Origin: Candidatus Bathyarchaeota archaeon | Lineage (GTDB): Archaea > Thermoproteota > Bathyarchaeia > Bathyarchaeales > Bathycorpusculaceae | DNA length: 64,000 nucleotides | Assembly: GCA_963777155.1 (NCBI GenBank) | Contig: CAVZPM010000007.1 | Coordinates: 1-64,000 of the forward strand | Reading direction: 5' to 3' | Shown: positions 54,121 through 64,000 of the stretch, in pieces | Numbering within the stretch: position 1 is the stretch's first letter | Layout: each line of letters starts with the position of its first letter | The notes under the pieces: generated by a model | Database searches by the model: none | Told to the model about the DNA's origin: nothing | Seen by the model: the letters and a program-made list of their open reading frames with translations, nothing else | Translations under genes and position numbers: made by a program

Positions 54121-54867
54121 TTATAGTTTGGGGAGTACCACAAATTTGTGGTTTGATAGAGTTTTTTTCTTGTAGGCAACTAGCACAATCGGTATTGCAA
54201 TTAACAGCGCCATAAAAACTGCCATCGAGGGAAACTCTGGAATTACAGCCCAAGCATCAGAGTTTGTGTTTGTTAGGCTTTCAGTAGAAACAATAGTATA
54301 ACCACCTGAAGTATCTTGAATTTCATTTGAGTAGTAAACGGCTACGCCTTTTATTTTGTCAAAGTTTATCGTAGTTCTATCCGATGAATCTCCACCGCTC
54401 ATGACGTTTGTTTCTCTTTGACCGCTTGCGTAAGAACGCATAACTGTGTCAGTTATGACTTGATGACCACCAGTTGGATACACCTGTTGATCTTTGTTCA
54501 AGTTTGCACCGACTATTAGGAAGCCATAAGGTACGGTAACTGTCCCAGACTCTACATTTATTGAACCCGATTGAACTGTTTGGGTGCCGTTGTTGAAGAT
54601 TCTTATGAAATCTACGCTAATTTCACTTCCTGAAACGTCAGTTATGCTAAACTCGATTCTTTGGGTATTATTGTATTCCACCAAATCACTTGGCGGAGTT
54701 GCTGATGCATCAGTTGAGGTCCAGATTAGACTATAGCTGTAATCGAATGTTTCTCCTTTGGAAACGCCTGGAACTACTGTTTGTGCGGAGGCAGAGCTTG
54801 TGGCCGCAAGAAACATCGAGAAGCTTAGGAGCGCTATTATGATTAGACTTTTCATTTTGGTTTTCAT
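54121..54867 (-). CDS. secreted protein with PEF-CTERM sorting signal
   Basis: Signal peptide; VIPEFPS plus TM helix plus KKK. Confidence 0.8.
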   Translation of the reverse strand: MKTKMKSLIIIALLSFSMFLAATSSASAQTVVPGVSKGETFDYSYSLIWTSTDASATPPSDLVEYNNTQRIEFSITDVSGSEISVDFIRIFNNGTQTVQSGSINVESGTVTVPYGFLIVGANLNKDQQVYPTGGHQVITDTVMRSYASGQRETNVMSGGDSSDRTTINFDKIKGVAVYYSNEIQDTSGGYTIVSTESLTNTNSDAWAVIPEFPSMAVFMALLIAIPIVLVAYKKKTLSNHKFVVLPKL

Positions 54868-54947
54868 ATTGTTCCAATTCCTTGTAGATTATTTATATAA
54901 AGAAAATGGTGGATTTTGAGTTTTTTGTATGTTAATCTTCATCATCA

Positions 54948-56694
54948 TTATGTCACCGATATCTTTGCGTTGTCAACCCATACTGACTCAACTAATCCAC
55001 TTCCCTGATGGGTTGTGAGGTTGCTTTCGAAGCGGAACCAGAAATGCGTCGTGAACATTGTGGGGTTTGCTGCTTTTGTGAATGTCAATGTGTATGAGTT
55101 CCAACCGTTGTTTCCAGGTAGACCGATATTTGCTATGAGGTGGAAGTCTGAACTGCCTTGACCTAAGTTGGGGTTTGCTGCGTTGGACCAAAGTATTTTG
55201 AGATCGTTTGCGTTATCTGTGTTTTGCACTTTATAGACGAATGTTATCTGTCATCGTGTTGCCTGAGGAGGTGTCTGATACATCGGATGTGAATGGACCG
55301 TCGTTTCCACCGAGGTAGTTGGTTGAATCAGATTTTGCTGCTTGCGTTCCATCGACCCCTTCACCGACCGCTGATTGATACCATGGCGGTTGAGTTCCGG
55401 TGGTCCAACCTGAAAGCCAGTTTGATCCATCAAAGTTGGAGTATAGGACATTGACGTTGAATGTTGTCTGTGCTGAGGCGAAGCTGGTTGCTGCGGCAGT
55501 TATGGTTGGTGTTCCGGTGGTTGAATCCTTGTACCAGAAACTGGCTGTTCCTGCGCTCGGTATTGTTAGGAAGGTAGTGATTTCGGTGGTGCAGGCAGCA
55601 TTTGAGTAGAATTTACCACCACTGGATGTTGTGGTTAAGGACACACTTGTTGTTGTGCCGGTTATTACGCTACCTGTGGAGGTTTGGCGTTGAACTCTGA
55701 TTTCTGCAGATCCCACGTTTTTAGCCAAGATTTGATTTGTACCTTGGGTGAAGACTAGTTTGTTGCCTGACGAGGCGATGAAGTTGGCTGTTATGGTGCC
55801 GTCGCCGAGCATTGCAGCAGTTGTCGAAGATGTCGTGGGATTGTTGACTGTGATGATACCGTTATACGTCCAGGATGAGAAAGTGTACCCTGCTGCAGCG
55901 TTCGCTTGTATGTTTACTGTTTGACCATAATTGTAAGTTTGGCTGCCTGATGGGGTTGTAGTTCCAGATCCTACAGGGTTTACTGCGAATGTTATGTGTA
56001 CAGTCGTTTGTGAGGGAGTCGGAGTTGGAGTTTGACCTACTGGAGTCGGAGTTGGAGTTTGACCTACTGGAGTCGGAGTTGGAGTTTGACCTACTGGAGT
56101 CGGAGTTGGAGTTTGACCTACTGGAGTCGGAGTTGGAGTTTGACCTACTGGAGTCGGAGTTGGAGTTTGACCTACTGGAGTCGGAGTTGGAGTTTGACCT
56201 ACTGGAGTCGGAGACACATAGTCGGGAAAAGTTCCGCTTGTAGTTTCGCTCGAGGTAGTTGTTGTATATTCAGCGAAGGTTCCGTCAGTAGCAGTTATTT
56301 TTATTGTAAGTTTTTCATTCTTGGTGTATGGATAATCAATCTTGAGTGAGGCTGTTGCATCTGGAGAAAACGTCACCATACCTGCTGAAATTGTGGGGTC
56401 GCTACCTCTTATACTCTTCAAAATACTGTTAACGTAGGTGCTTTGGGTTTGTTGCAGTTGAAGAGTTCCTTGACCAACATTCTGCACATAAACAACTATG
56501 AAGTTATCAGGTGTGTGGCTTGTACTTTGAATAAGCATACTGTTTGAGGCTTTAGTAGTACCACTACCAATATAACCTATAACCCATGCATAGACAATTA
56601 GTGAAGCTATAACTGCGATAGCAATCATAAGCAAAGTTGCAATAACTGGCGAAATGGCGCGAATTGACCGCTTAATTTTAGTTATTTTTCTCAT
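54948..56694 (-). CDS. large pilin-like adhesin (class III signal, P/T linker, InlB B-repeat-like and further beta domains); frameshift near 55245
   Basis: RA|ISPVIATLLMIAIAV; ANAAAGYTFSSW; continues in ORF 54948..55229. Confidence 0.8.
56015..56212. repeat. perfect 27-bp tandem repeat, about 7 copies, encoding PTPVGQTPT
   Basis: Unit GGAGTCGGAGTTGGAGTTTGACCTACT. Confidence 0.95.
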
Positions 56695-56766
56695 GATTAT
56701 CTCTCTTGTCTTTTGTTCCTTATCAGTTTGTTAAATAGCGTTAAATTCAATGTTATCCTTTGTAGA

Positions 56767-56801
56767 AGTGATATTTAAGATACATGGAACAATACTCTAT
56801 A
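56767..56801 (-). promoter_or_regulatory. pilin promoter, copy 1
   Basis: TATAGAGTATTGTTCCATGTATCTTAAATATCACT, similar to 60084..60118. Confidence 0.5.
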
Positions 56802-57686
56802 CTGAGAATTCTAAAAATAGTAAAAGTGAAGGTTGATTTTGTCAAGCAACTTGTTAACTGGCATCTCTTTGTCTTTCTTCGTCTGTTTTTTCTAAAAGAG
56901 TTTTTGATGAGAGGAGGAATTGACTGAATATGACCATTATCACCAATCTTATGCAACGGGTACCACAAAATTCCAAACTCTGTGGAACTGCCTCTGGTTC
57001 TTCCATGACTAAGAGTTTTCCCATGACTTCACCTTTCTTGACATTTTGTTATTCTTGTAAGTTTTGCTTATAAGACTTCTTATCATATACGTATATATGG
57101 TCAAATTAGTGAATTAATCCTAACGTTTATTCACCATTAAATAAATGAAAAATAGGAAAATATCTAAACATAAAGATAAGCTCCTTCTTGTTAGACTATT
57201 CTTTTATTCTTTGTCAATACCTTGGTTAAAAGAGGACATCCATCAAGAGCCGTATTGCAAAGAATGTATTAGTAGGTTGAGGACAGACCACACTATATTT
57301 TTTGGCGCATTTTGAAGAATTCTTTCATTTTAGTGAGTAAATTATTATTGAATCCAGCGGAGAATACTAATTTTCATAAATAACGTAGAAGCTTTATTTT
57401 GTTTAGAATTTGTGCAGGTAATAGTTGTCTTACAGGAAGGACAACGATAATTCATGCTTGCAAAAAATGTCATTTTTTGTTTGACAAAAAGCGTTGTTCT
57501 AAATGATAAATATATGTTTAATTTTTTTAGAAATGTCCCTAATTGCACAATTGATGGATGCTAAGTAAATTTTTTGATGAATTAGTTCATTTTGGGCTAG
57601 ATTATGTGGAATGCGCTTGATTTGGTTTTTTATTGTAAAGAATAATATGGTTTCCTATCTTATTTTGTTATGGAAGGCAGGTTAAA

Positions 57687-58221
57687 GTGGGGAATAAGCC
57701 GAATAATAGGCGGATTAGGCGTTATTATAAAACGTTCGGGTAGTATTGGAAAGAGCGCAATCGCAGAAAGCAGGTTTTGTTTTTGCTTGAAGAGGAAAAT
57801 TTGAATCAACGTCAGATAGCCAAGAGGCTTGGTGTTAATGAGAGAATTATTGAGCGGGATGTCGCCAAAATCAGACCGTATCAAGAACGTAAGTTTAGTC
57901 ATCAGTCAAGGCTACTCCAGAAAGAGAATGATGAGAAGTTAGAGAGAGAACTAGCGGCTAAGACGCTTCTTGAGCAGCTAAAGTTTCTCGTGCGGAAAAT
58001 AGCAGAACGCAATAGTGCTGAAAATGCACGAATACTACCGTCATCAAATCTACGTAAGCATAGACTTGGATAAAGCCATCAATGGCTACCCAGAAATACG
58101 AATCTGGCCACAAAAAACAAACTCGACCTATAGAATGCCCCTAACAGCAAACATCAGATACGTAAAGAACAAGAAAACAATACCCTTCAGAAACATGACT
58201 ATAAGCCAAAACAGCAGATAG
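57687..58221 (+). pseudogene. HTH DNA-binding protein with in-frame TAG (57741) and frameshift near 58000
   Basis: LNQRQIAKRLGVNERIIERD HTH; frame open back to GTG 57687 except for one TAG. Confidence 0.5.
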
Positions 58222-58427
58222 GAAAAAAGCGAGCTTGTAAAATAAGAGGTTCGTCAAAAACCACAAAAGACCTGCCTTCGCAAACACTAACGAAAAAATA
58301 ATCCAAATACCTTATCAGAAATCGAACCTGAGATTTTGCTGCAACCTTGTTCAGTTATTTGTCTCAAACAAGATACAAAAAAAGAAAGGTTGTTTGGGAT
58401 TTTTGTTGAGTTACACCAGTTTAAAGT

Positions 58428-60017
58428 TTAGAGAGGTATCAATGCAAAAGCTGTTACGCCCCACCGTTCATTACTACTGCCCGCATTGTAATTTCCACCA
58501 GTTATTGTGATATCAGTTGCCAAAGTTGCAGTTTGAAGTTGCAGTGTCAAATCAATTGAAGATGGGTCATATTGGAATTCAGCGACCTCTGCCCAAGTTC
58601 CACCAGTTGCCCCTGTGAAGCTGCCTAGACCGATATTGTTGGTATCAAATACAAAGGAAACTGCAAGTCTTCGTGCTCCTGATGGATTTACTGTTGGAGC
58701 GTTTATGATATCGTTGCTTGATTCATCGAAAGTTTTGTATTCGGTAAAGCTTGTAGATGCAACATTGTGGAATGCGTACATGCGAGATGCTGCAGAAACA
58801 CTGCCACTTACGGAAACTGAAAGTGTCCCCGATTCTGAGCCCGTACTAATCCTGTAGTAAATCCATTGCCGTGCCTCATCGCCACTACTTCCTGAACTTT
58901 CATCTGGACCATATAGTGAACTGAAACCTGTCGGAGTGGTCGGACTTTCGGATGTCCCACTTACAACAACCTGAAGTAGAATTAAATCGCCTGCTTGGAA
59001 ACTCGTTGGATAACTTGGAGTAGGATTATTTGATGATGATCCTGCAGCACCTGAGGCTGTTCCTGCTGAAACGTAAGTTACTTGTTGTTGAATAACATCG
59101 GCTGCGTAAGTTGCTGTTAGAGTGCCGTCAGCAGAGAGAGCTGGAAACACATAAGGCGAAGTAAGAGCCTGCGCACCAGCATTAGTCGTTACACTTGCAA
59201 TGTGATAACCAGAATCTGGCGTAATCGTAAAGCTCGGAGTAGCACCAGCAGCATAAGTAGTTGTTCCAGCAGGAGCAATCGCACCATTAGCAGTCTGAGT
59301 CACAACAACATTATAATTAACCGTGTTAGCCGCAAAGGTTGCTGTTAAAGTTGCATCAGCAGAGAGAGCTGGAAACACATAAGGCGAAGTAAGAGCCTGC
59401 GCACCAGCATTAGTCGTTACACTTGCAATGTGATAACCAGAATCTGGCGTAATCGTAAAGCTCGGAGTAGCACCAGCAGCATAAGTAGTTGTTCCAGCAG
59501 GAGCAATCGCACCATTAGCAGTCTGAGTCACAACAACATTATACTGAGTGCCTGATCCTGATCCGCCTGAGGAGGAGGGGACTGTTCCCGTTCTTGTCAT
59601 GAATGTGCCGTCGGTTGTTGTAATTTTGATGTTTAATTTTGCATTCTCGCCATAAGTTCCAGCAACTAGTAAATCTGCAGTTTTGCCTTCCTCAAGTACA
59701 TTATCTGGGTAATTTGGGTCAGGAGTAAATGTCTTTAGGTTACTGTCTACATACACGGTACTTAGCTCCACCGCTCCTTGCCCTACGTTTTGCACATAAA
59801 CATGCAGACCATCGTTTGCCAATGCGAAGCTTTGGATTTGTATGGCTTTTCCAGCTTTGGATGTTGTGTTGCCCATGTAGCCTGTTACCCAAGCGTAGAC
59901 TACTAGTGAGGCGACAACTGCGATAGCTATCATCAGTAAAGTTGCAATGACTGGAGATATTGCTTTGATTGAACGTTTGAATTTTGTAGTATTTCTTACA
60001 TTTCTAATTCTTGTCAA
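58428..60017 (-). CDS. large pilin-like adhesin with two duplicated beta domains
   Basis: KA|ISPVIATLLMIAIAV; two copies of a 76-aa unit (FTITPDSGYHIASV). Confidence 0.82.
   Translation of the reverse strand: MTRIRNVRNTTKFKRSIKAISPVIATLLMIAIAVVASLVVYAWVTGYMGNTTSKAGKAIQIQSFALANDGLHVYVQNVGQGAVELSTVYVDSNLKTFTPDPNYPDNVLEEGKTADLLVAGTYGENAKLNIKITTTDGTFMTRTGTVPSSSGGSGSGTQYNVVVTQTANGAIAPAGTTTYAAGATPSFTITPDSGYHIASVTTNAGAQALTSPYVFPALSADATLTATFAANTVNYNVVVTQTANGAIAPAGTTTYAAGATPSFTITPDSGYHIASVTTNAGAQALTSPYVFPALSADGTLTATYAADVIQQQVTYVSAGTASGAAGSSSNNPTPSYPTSFQAGDLILLQVVVSGTSESPTTPTGFSSLYGPDESSGSSGDEARQWIYYRISTGSESGTLSVSVSGSVSAASRMYAFHNVASTSFTEYKTFDESSNDIINAPTVNPSGARRLAVSFVFDTNNIGLGSFTGATGGTWAEVAEFQYDPSSIDLTLQLQTATLATDITITGGNYNAGSSNERWGVTAFALIPL
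59128..59543. repeat. internal direct repeat, 188 bp identical, 228-bp period
   Basis: 59128..59315 matches 59356..59543. Confidence 0.9.
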
Positions 60018-60083
60018 TTATTTTTTCCTTCTAATTCTGTATTATTCTAAACTATTTTTATATTAATCGTTAATATAGGATAG

Positions 60084-60118
60084 AGTGATATATAAAAACC
60101 ATGGAATAATATTCTATA
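60084..60118 (-). promoter_or_regulatory. pilin promoter, copy 2
   Basis: TATAGAATATTATTCCATGGTTTTTATATATCACT. Confidence 0.5.
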
Positions 60119-60277
60119 TTATTGTCCAGAAGAAGAGAAAGCTAAGGAAAATTAATTAACGAATTTATATTCATAAATTAAGACATCAAAAGTGACAAGA
60201 ATTTCTAATCCAGATTAAATTAAAATACATTCAAAAGCAATATCAAATAATAAGATGCCAATCAAGAGGTTACATTC

Positions 60278-61400
60278 ATGGATCTATCAAACGTTCGCAT
60301 AAGAGAACATTTTGGGCTTGTATCAAACAACACACACACTGGGCAATTCAGTTTTCTGATTAGCCCACCAAAAAATCGATCTGGACTAGAAAAACATGAT
60401 TATATCCTTCTGGACCATCCACTTTTTGGCGATGTTTGTCAGATCTTAGCAGTCATAACTGACATAACCAGTTATGAAGAAGTCGCTGGCGGTTCAAGTA
60501 TTGGCGATAAAATGGGTAAAATGCTAGCAACCGCCGAAATCGTCGGGTATGTCGATTTAAGAAACGAGAATAAACCTTTGATGTGAAGTTTTGGTTCCAC
60601 CTAACCCCGGTGGCCGCGTTTATGTACCTCTAAAAAAATTTCTTGAGGACATTTTGAACAGAAACACTAAAGGAGAGACCTTCAAAGCTCCGATCGAAAT
60701 TGGAATGTTTGAGAATTCTTCAGCTGAGGATCAAGAAAACCAAGGACGCATCAAATGTTTCTTAGACGCACAAGATTTAACTTCAAAACACATCCTAATT
60801 GCGGCTGGTCCTGGAGCAGGCAAAACGCACCTCGGAAAATTGCTTCTTCAAGAAATCTCTAGCAAGATTTCCGCTCAAATAATTCTCTTTGATTCGTACA
60901 ATGAGTACTCAAATGTCATAGAGACAGCAAAAGTTGAAATCAATGGGAAAACCGACAAGGATTCTCTATCTAAAATGATAAAAAAAGGTTCAATAACCGT
61001 CCTAAATGCTCAAGGCATGGAACTTGAAGAAAAACGATCTTTTTTCCTCGAATCTCTGCAGATAATACTGAAACTGAGATTAGAGAATAAAATCACGCCT
61101 TTATTTCTAATTATTGAAGAAGCTGAAAATCTTAAAGGAGAAGTACTCAACCAAGCGGTAGTTGAGGGAAGAAAAATAGGGATTTCAATTTGCTTGCTAA
61201 CCACTAATCCCTCAGACCTTGAAGGTAAGATACTATCTCAAATGGGCTACCAAATAATTGGAAAAACAACAAACAAAGAAGACATAGCTTACCTCTCTAG
61301 CATTGCAGGAGCTACAAACGAACCCGCGGATCTTGCGGTTGGTGAATGGATTATTAGCGGAATAAGTAATAACAGACCGACTAAAGTTCGTTTGATCTAA
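60278..61400 (+). CDS. short HerA/DUF87-like P-loop ATPase with HAS-barrel-like N-terminus; frameshift near 60585
   Basis: KHILIAAGPGAGKT, FDSYNEY, LIIEEAE, EGRKIG, ILSQM. Confidence 0.75.
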
Positions 61401-61502
61401 AACACACAAAGAACACCAACAAATACATTCCATAAATCTATAGTAGTACTCCGAAAAATTCTTATTCTAAATGAGACACAATATTAAAAAAGACGATTCC
61501 AT

Positions 61503-61982
61503 ATGACACAAACAAACAAAACAGTGAGCAGAAAAGTGGCAATAGCCCTCGCCATACTCTGTATTATAACTATAGTTGCTCTAAATTTCGCCGTAATAAC
61601 ATACTATACAGATATGAATAGTAAAAATAGTCAGATCCAAACGTTGAACGACCAAATAGTAGCTCTTCAAACACAAGTGGCAAATGGCACCTTACCAACA
61701 GCTAAACTAATCACAGTTGGTATGCAATATATCGATAACAGAACAGATGCAACCTCGCCTTTCTTGGAAGTAACCGGATATGTATGTAACGTTGGAACAG
61801 GCACAGCAAATAACGGCGTGCTACATGTATCAGCAACCCGAAGCGATGGCTCCACAGGAATAGATAGTTCAGCCAACATAGAATCTCTAGCATCAGGCGC
61901 TTACTCAAAAGTTGACATTCAATTCCCCTATCATGGAACCCAACTTGCAACATTCAGTACCAACTTGGACTGGGGAAACTAA
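61503..61982 (+). CDS. membrane-anchored coiled-coil protein with small beta-sandwich domain
   Basis: N-terminal TM helix similar in style to 8943..9593; VTGYVCNVG. Confidence 0.7.
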   Translation: MTQTNKTVSRKVAIALAILCIITIVALNFAVITYYTDMNSKNSQIQTLNDQIVALQTQVANGTLPTAKLITVGMQYIDNRTDATSPFLEVTGYVCNVGTGTANNGVLHVSATRSDGSTGIDSSANIESLASGAYSKVDIQFPYHGTQLATFSTNLDWGN

Positions 61983-62126
61983 ACGGCTATACCACATAAC
62001 CACGCTAAATTCTTTATTTTTATTGCCCTATAATATTGAATATTTTTTCAGGTTTAAAGTTAGAATAAAGTCTAAGAATAAAACTTAGGAATAAGCTTTT
62101 TTCTAGAATAGAAAATAGTCAAAAAA

Positions 62127-62552
62127 TTATGGAATGTTACAAGATGCTGAATTACCAGTCGAAGTTATAACTTTGATAATTGTTCCTGAGGGATAATTGG
62201 CTATTGGAATTGTTGTGCTTGGTCCTCCTGCCACAACTACGTTGCTAAGAGGAAAACTGGCATGTAGAGTATCTGGATTACCTGCAGATTTGACGTTTAC
62301 CCAATAACTTGAAAGGGTAGCATCAACTCCTCCTTTGTCAGTAACGCTTAAAATATATTGGCCATTCTCAATAGTGACAGCAGCAACAATCGGAGAATTC
62401 AGTTTTTGAACGTACAAATCATTCATTTCTTTCGTTGCCGCGTCATGCCACAAGTAAACGTTGGTGAAGAAAAACAGTAATATAACAATAAACATCACTG
62501 ATCCAATTACTTCTGCTGTGCCTTTCTTGTTTTTTAATAATCGTCTCATCAA
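62127..62552 (-). CDS. minor pilin-like protein
   Basis: KKG|TAEVIG followed by a hydrophobic helix. Confidence 0.7.
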   Translation of the reverse strand: MMRRLLKNKKGTAEVIGSVMFIVILLFFFTNVYLWHDAATKEMNDLYVQKLNSPIVAAVTIENGQYILSVTDKGGVDATLSSYWVNVKSAGNPDTLHASFPLSNVVVAGGPSTTIPIANYPSGTIIKVITSTGNSASCNIP

Positions 62553-62568
62553 TTTTTTTACCTCATAT

Positions 62569-63021
62569 TTATGGCGATGTATATGTTATATCAAAGTTTG
62601 AACCACTTTGAGTTGAAATCCTAAACGTATATTTCTGCCCATGAGCAAAAGGTTGGTTCCAGTTAAGCGTAACAGTTAGATGCTGACCGACAATAATTGA
62701 TTCCTTTAAGTTTAAGTTGCCATCTTTAGTTAATGCTAACCCATTAACATATGCCGAAGTTATTGTGGAATCCACTTTTCCAACGTTATACACTGATAAC
62801 TGCACCGTGTGCAATGGATCAGGCACAGAGGAGGGGCTTATCCATATATCTTCAATAGTTAAAGATTCCATAACTGAACTTCCAACCCCTGCTTTGTAGG
62901 CATCTGAATACGAAATCACGAATCCGAAAAGAATCGCCATCCCAGCCATCGTTATCATTATCATCAATACGGTGGCGATGACGGGTGAAACTGCTTTTCT
63001 ATTTTTAAGTAGTCTCTTCAT
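62569..63021 (-). CDS. archaeal type IV pilin
   Basis: RKA|VSPVIATVLMI; VYNVG. Confidence 0.85.
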   Translation of the reverse strand: MKRLLKNRKAVSPVIATVLMIMITMAGMAILFGFVISYSDAYKAGVGSSVMESLTIEDIWISPSSVPDPLHTVQLSVYNVGKVDSTITSAYVNGLALTKDGNLNLKESIIVGQHLTVTLNWNQPFAHGQKYTFRISTQSGSNFDITYTSP

Positions 63022-63025
63022 TTTT

Positions 63026-63874
63026 TCACATCCAGTTGGGAGGAATGCCCGCAAAGAATATTGCGTATCCTATTACTACCAGTAAGATTGAATGTTTCAT
63101 GCCTCCAGCTACTCTGCGTTCGCCAATTTTTCCCGCCATTAGTCCCCCTGTTAAAGCGGAAACAAGCATGTCTTGATAGAAGAAATCCTTTAGACCACCA
63201 ACTCCAGCAATGGTTGTGTTGCTTGATATTTGTTGAGATCCCGACATGGGAGCAAAAAATGATTGAACCAGTAGAATTGCTGTAACTATAAACACCGCAA
63301 AGGCAGCGTAGATTACTATGATGTAGGGTTTCATCTGGGCGTCGGTTTCCCTGTCGATATCTTTCATCTCCTCCATGAACCCTGCTGTTGCTGTAAATAC
63401 TTTTTTGATTGTTCCTCCGGATCGGCTTGCTTCCAAAACAAGCACACAGAAGCGGTTTACTATAGGTGAGTTTATACGATTTTTGAAATTGGTTAGTGCA
63501 TCTTCAAAAGATGTGCCCCATGACATTTCAATAACTAGCTGCTTTACTTCTTTAGAAAGGGGACCACTTACCATTTTGTTGTCGACAACTTTTTCTAAAG
63601 CTCTAATCAGGGTCATCCCAGTTTCCTGAGATTCTGCAACTCCTCTGACGAGCAGAGGCATCTGGTTTTCTATTGAGGATATCCATCTTTGGTGTTTCAA
63701 GTCAAGAATAGCTGAAGGGATTAATATCACTAATATGCTAACAAAAAAGATTTCGTTAAGATAAGTTGTTAGAGCCGACCATGACAAAACCCCAATTAAA
63801 GCTACAACTACGAAAACTGAAAGTAACGAAGCCCCGATAGTATATTGTCTTATTCTTATTGGTACTTTGCCCAT
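63026..63874 (-). CDS. TadC/ArlJ-like (T2SS F family) pilus platform protein
   Basis: ETGMTLIRAL, WGTSFEDAL, SGG, TM helices. Confidence 0.85.
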   Translation of the reverse strand: MGKVPIRIRQYTIGASLLSVFVVVALIGVLSWSALTTYLNEIFFVSILVILIPSAILDLKHQRWISSIENQMPLLVRGVAESQETGMTLIRALEKVVDNKMVSGPLSKEVKQLVIEMSWGTSFEDALTNFKNRINSPIVNRFCVLVLEASRSGGTIKKVFTATAGFMEEMKDIDRETDAQMKPYIIVIYAAFAVFIVTAILLVQSFFAPMSGSQQISSNTTIAGVGGLKDFFYQDMLVSALTGGLMAGKIGERRVAGGMKHSILLVVIGYAIFFAGIPPNWM

Positions 63875-63880
63875 ATTTAG

Positions 63881-64000
63881 TTACCTCGGAGGCGTCATTG
63901 AATCGACCATTAGCAACATTATTCCCACACCCGCGGGAGTTACTATGAAGGTCATAAGTAACAAGACTGTTTGAGGATCCATACCAGCAAGCATTGATCC
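63881..64000 (-). CDS. C-terminal fragment of a membrane protein, probably a second T2SS F family protein
   Basis: Hydrophobic helix ending VDSMTPPR*, directly upstream of the TadC-like gene. Confidence 0.55.
   Translation of the reverse strand, partial: GSMLAGMDPQTVLLLMTFIVTPAGVGIMLLMVDSMTPPR

Noticed and set aside
56015-56212. Possible CRISPR array
   Set aside because: Units are contiguous with no spacers and encode an in-frame P/T linker.

Overview
Archaeal chromosomal segment, most consistent with Bathyarchaeia (TACK). The placement rests on ribosomal protein eL38, Tsr3, Hjc, archaeal class III pilins, a PEF-CTERM protein and a PQQ-type beta-propeller surface protein. The window holds two tRNAs (Ser-TGA, Val-CAC), two ABC exporter pairs, nucleotide/NAD salvage and repair genes, a multi-PAS histidine kinase with response regulator, and the end of a type IV pilus locus with two large adhesin-like pilins. 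An energy-metabolism block contains a bacterial-type hoxEFUYH hydrogenase, a polyprenyl synthase plus MenA-like prenyltransferase, and hdrA(-mvhD)-hdrC-hdrB. Many genes, mostly between 40 and 61 kb, are split by single-base indels that look like long-read errors. Best leads: (1) a 27-bp non-palindromic element repeated six times between 18 and 29 kb, each about 60-70 bp upstream of a gene; (2) a DUF2400 (HhH-GPD-like) domain fused to a T7 endonuclease I-like nuclease; (3) the Hox/MenA/Hdr cluster, whose HdrA carries an MvhD domain without Fe-S cysteines. All family calls come from motif recognition by eye, not from database searches.
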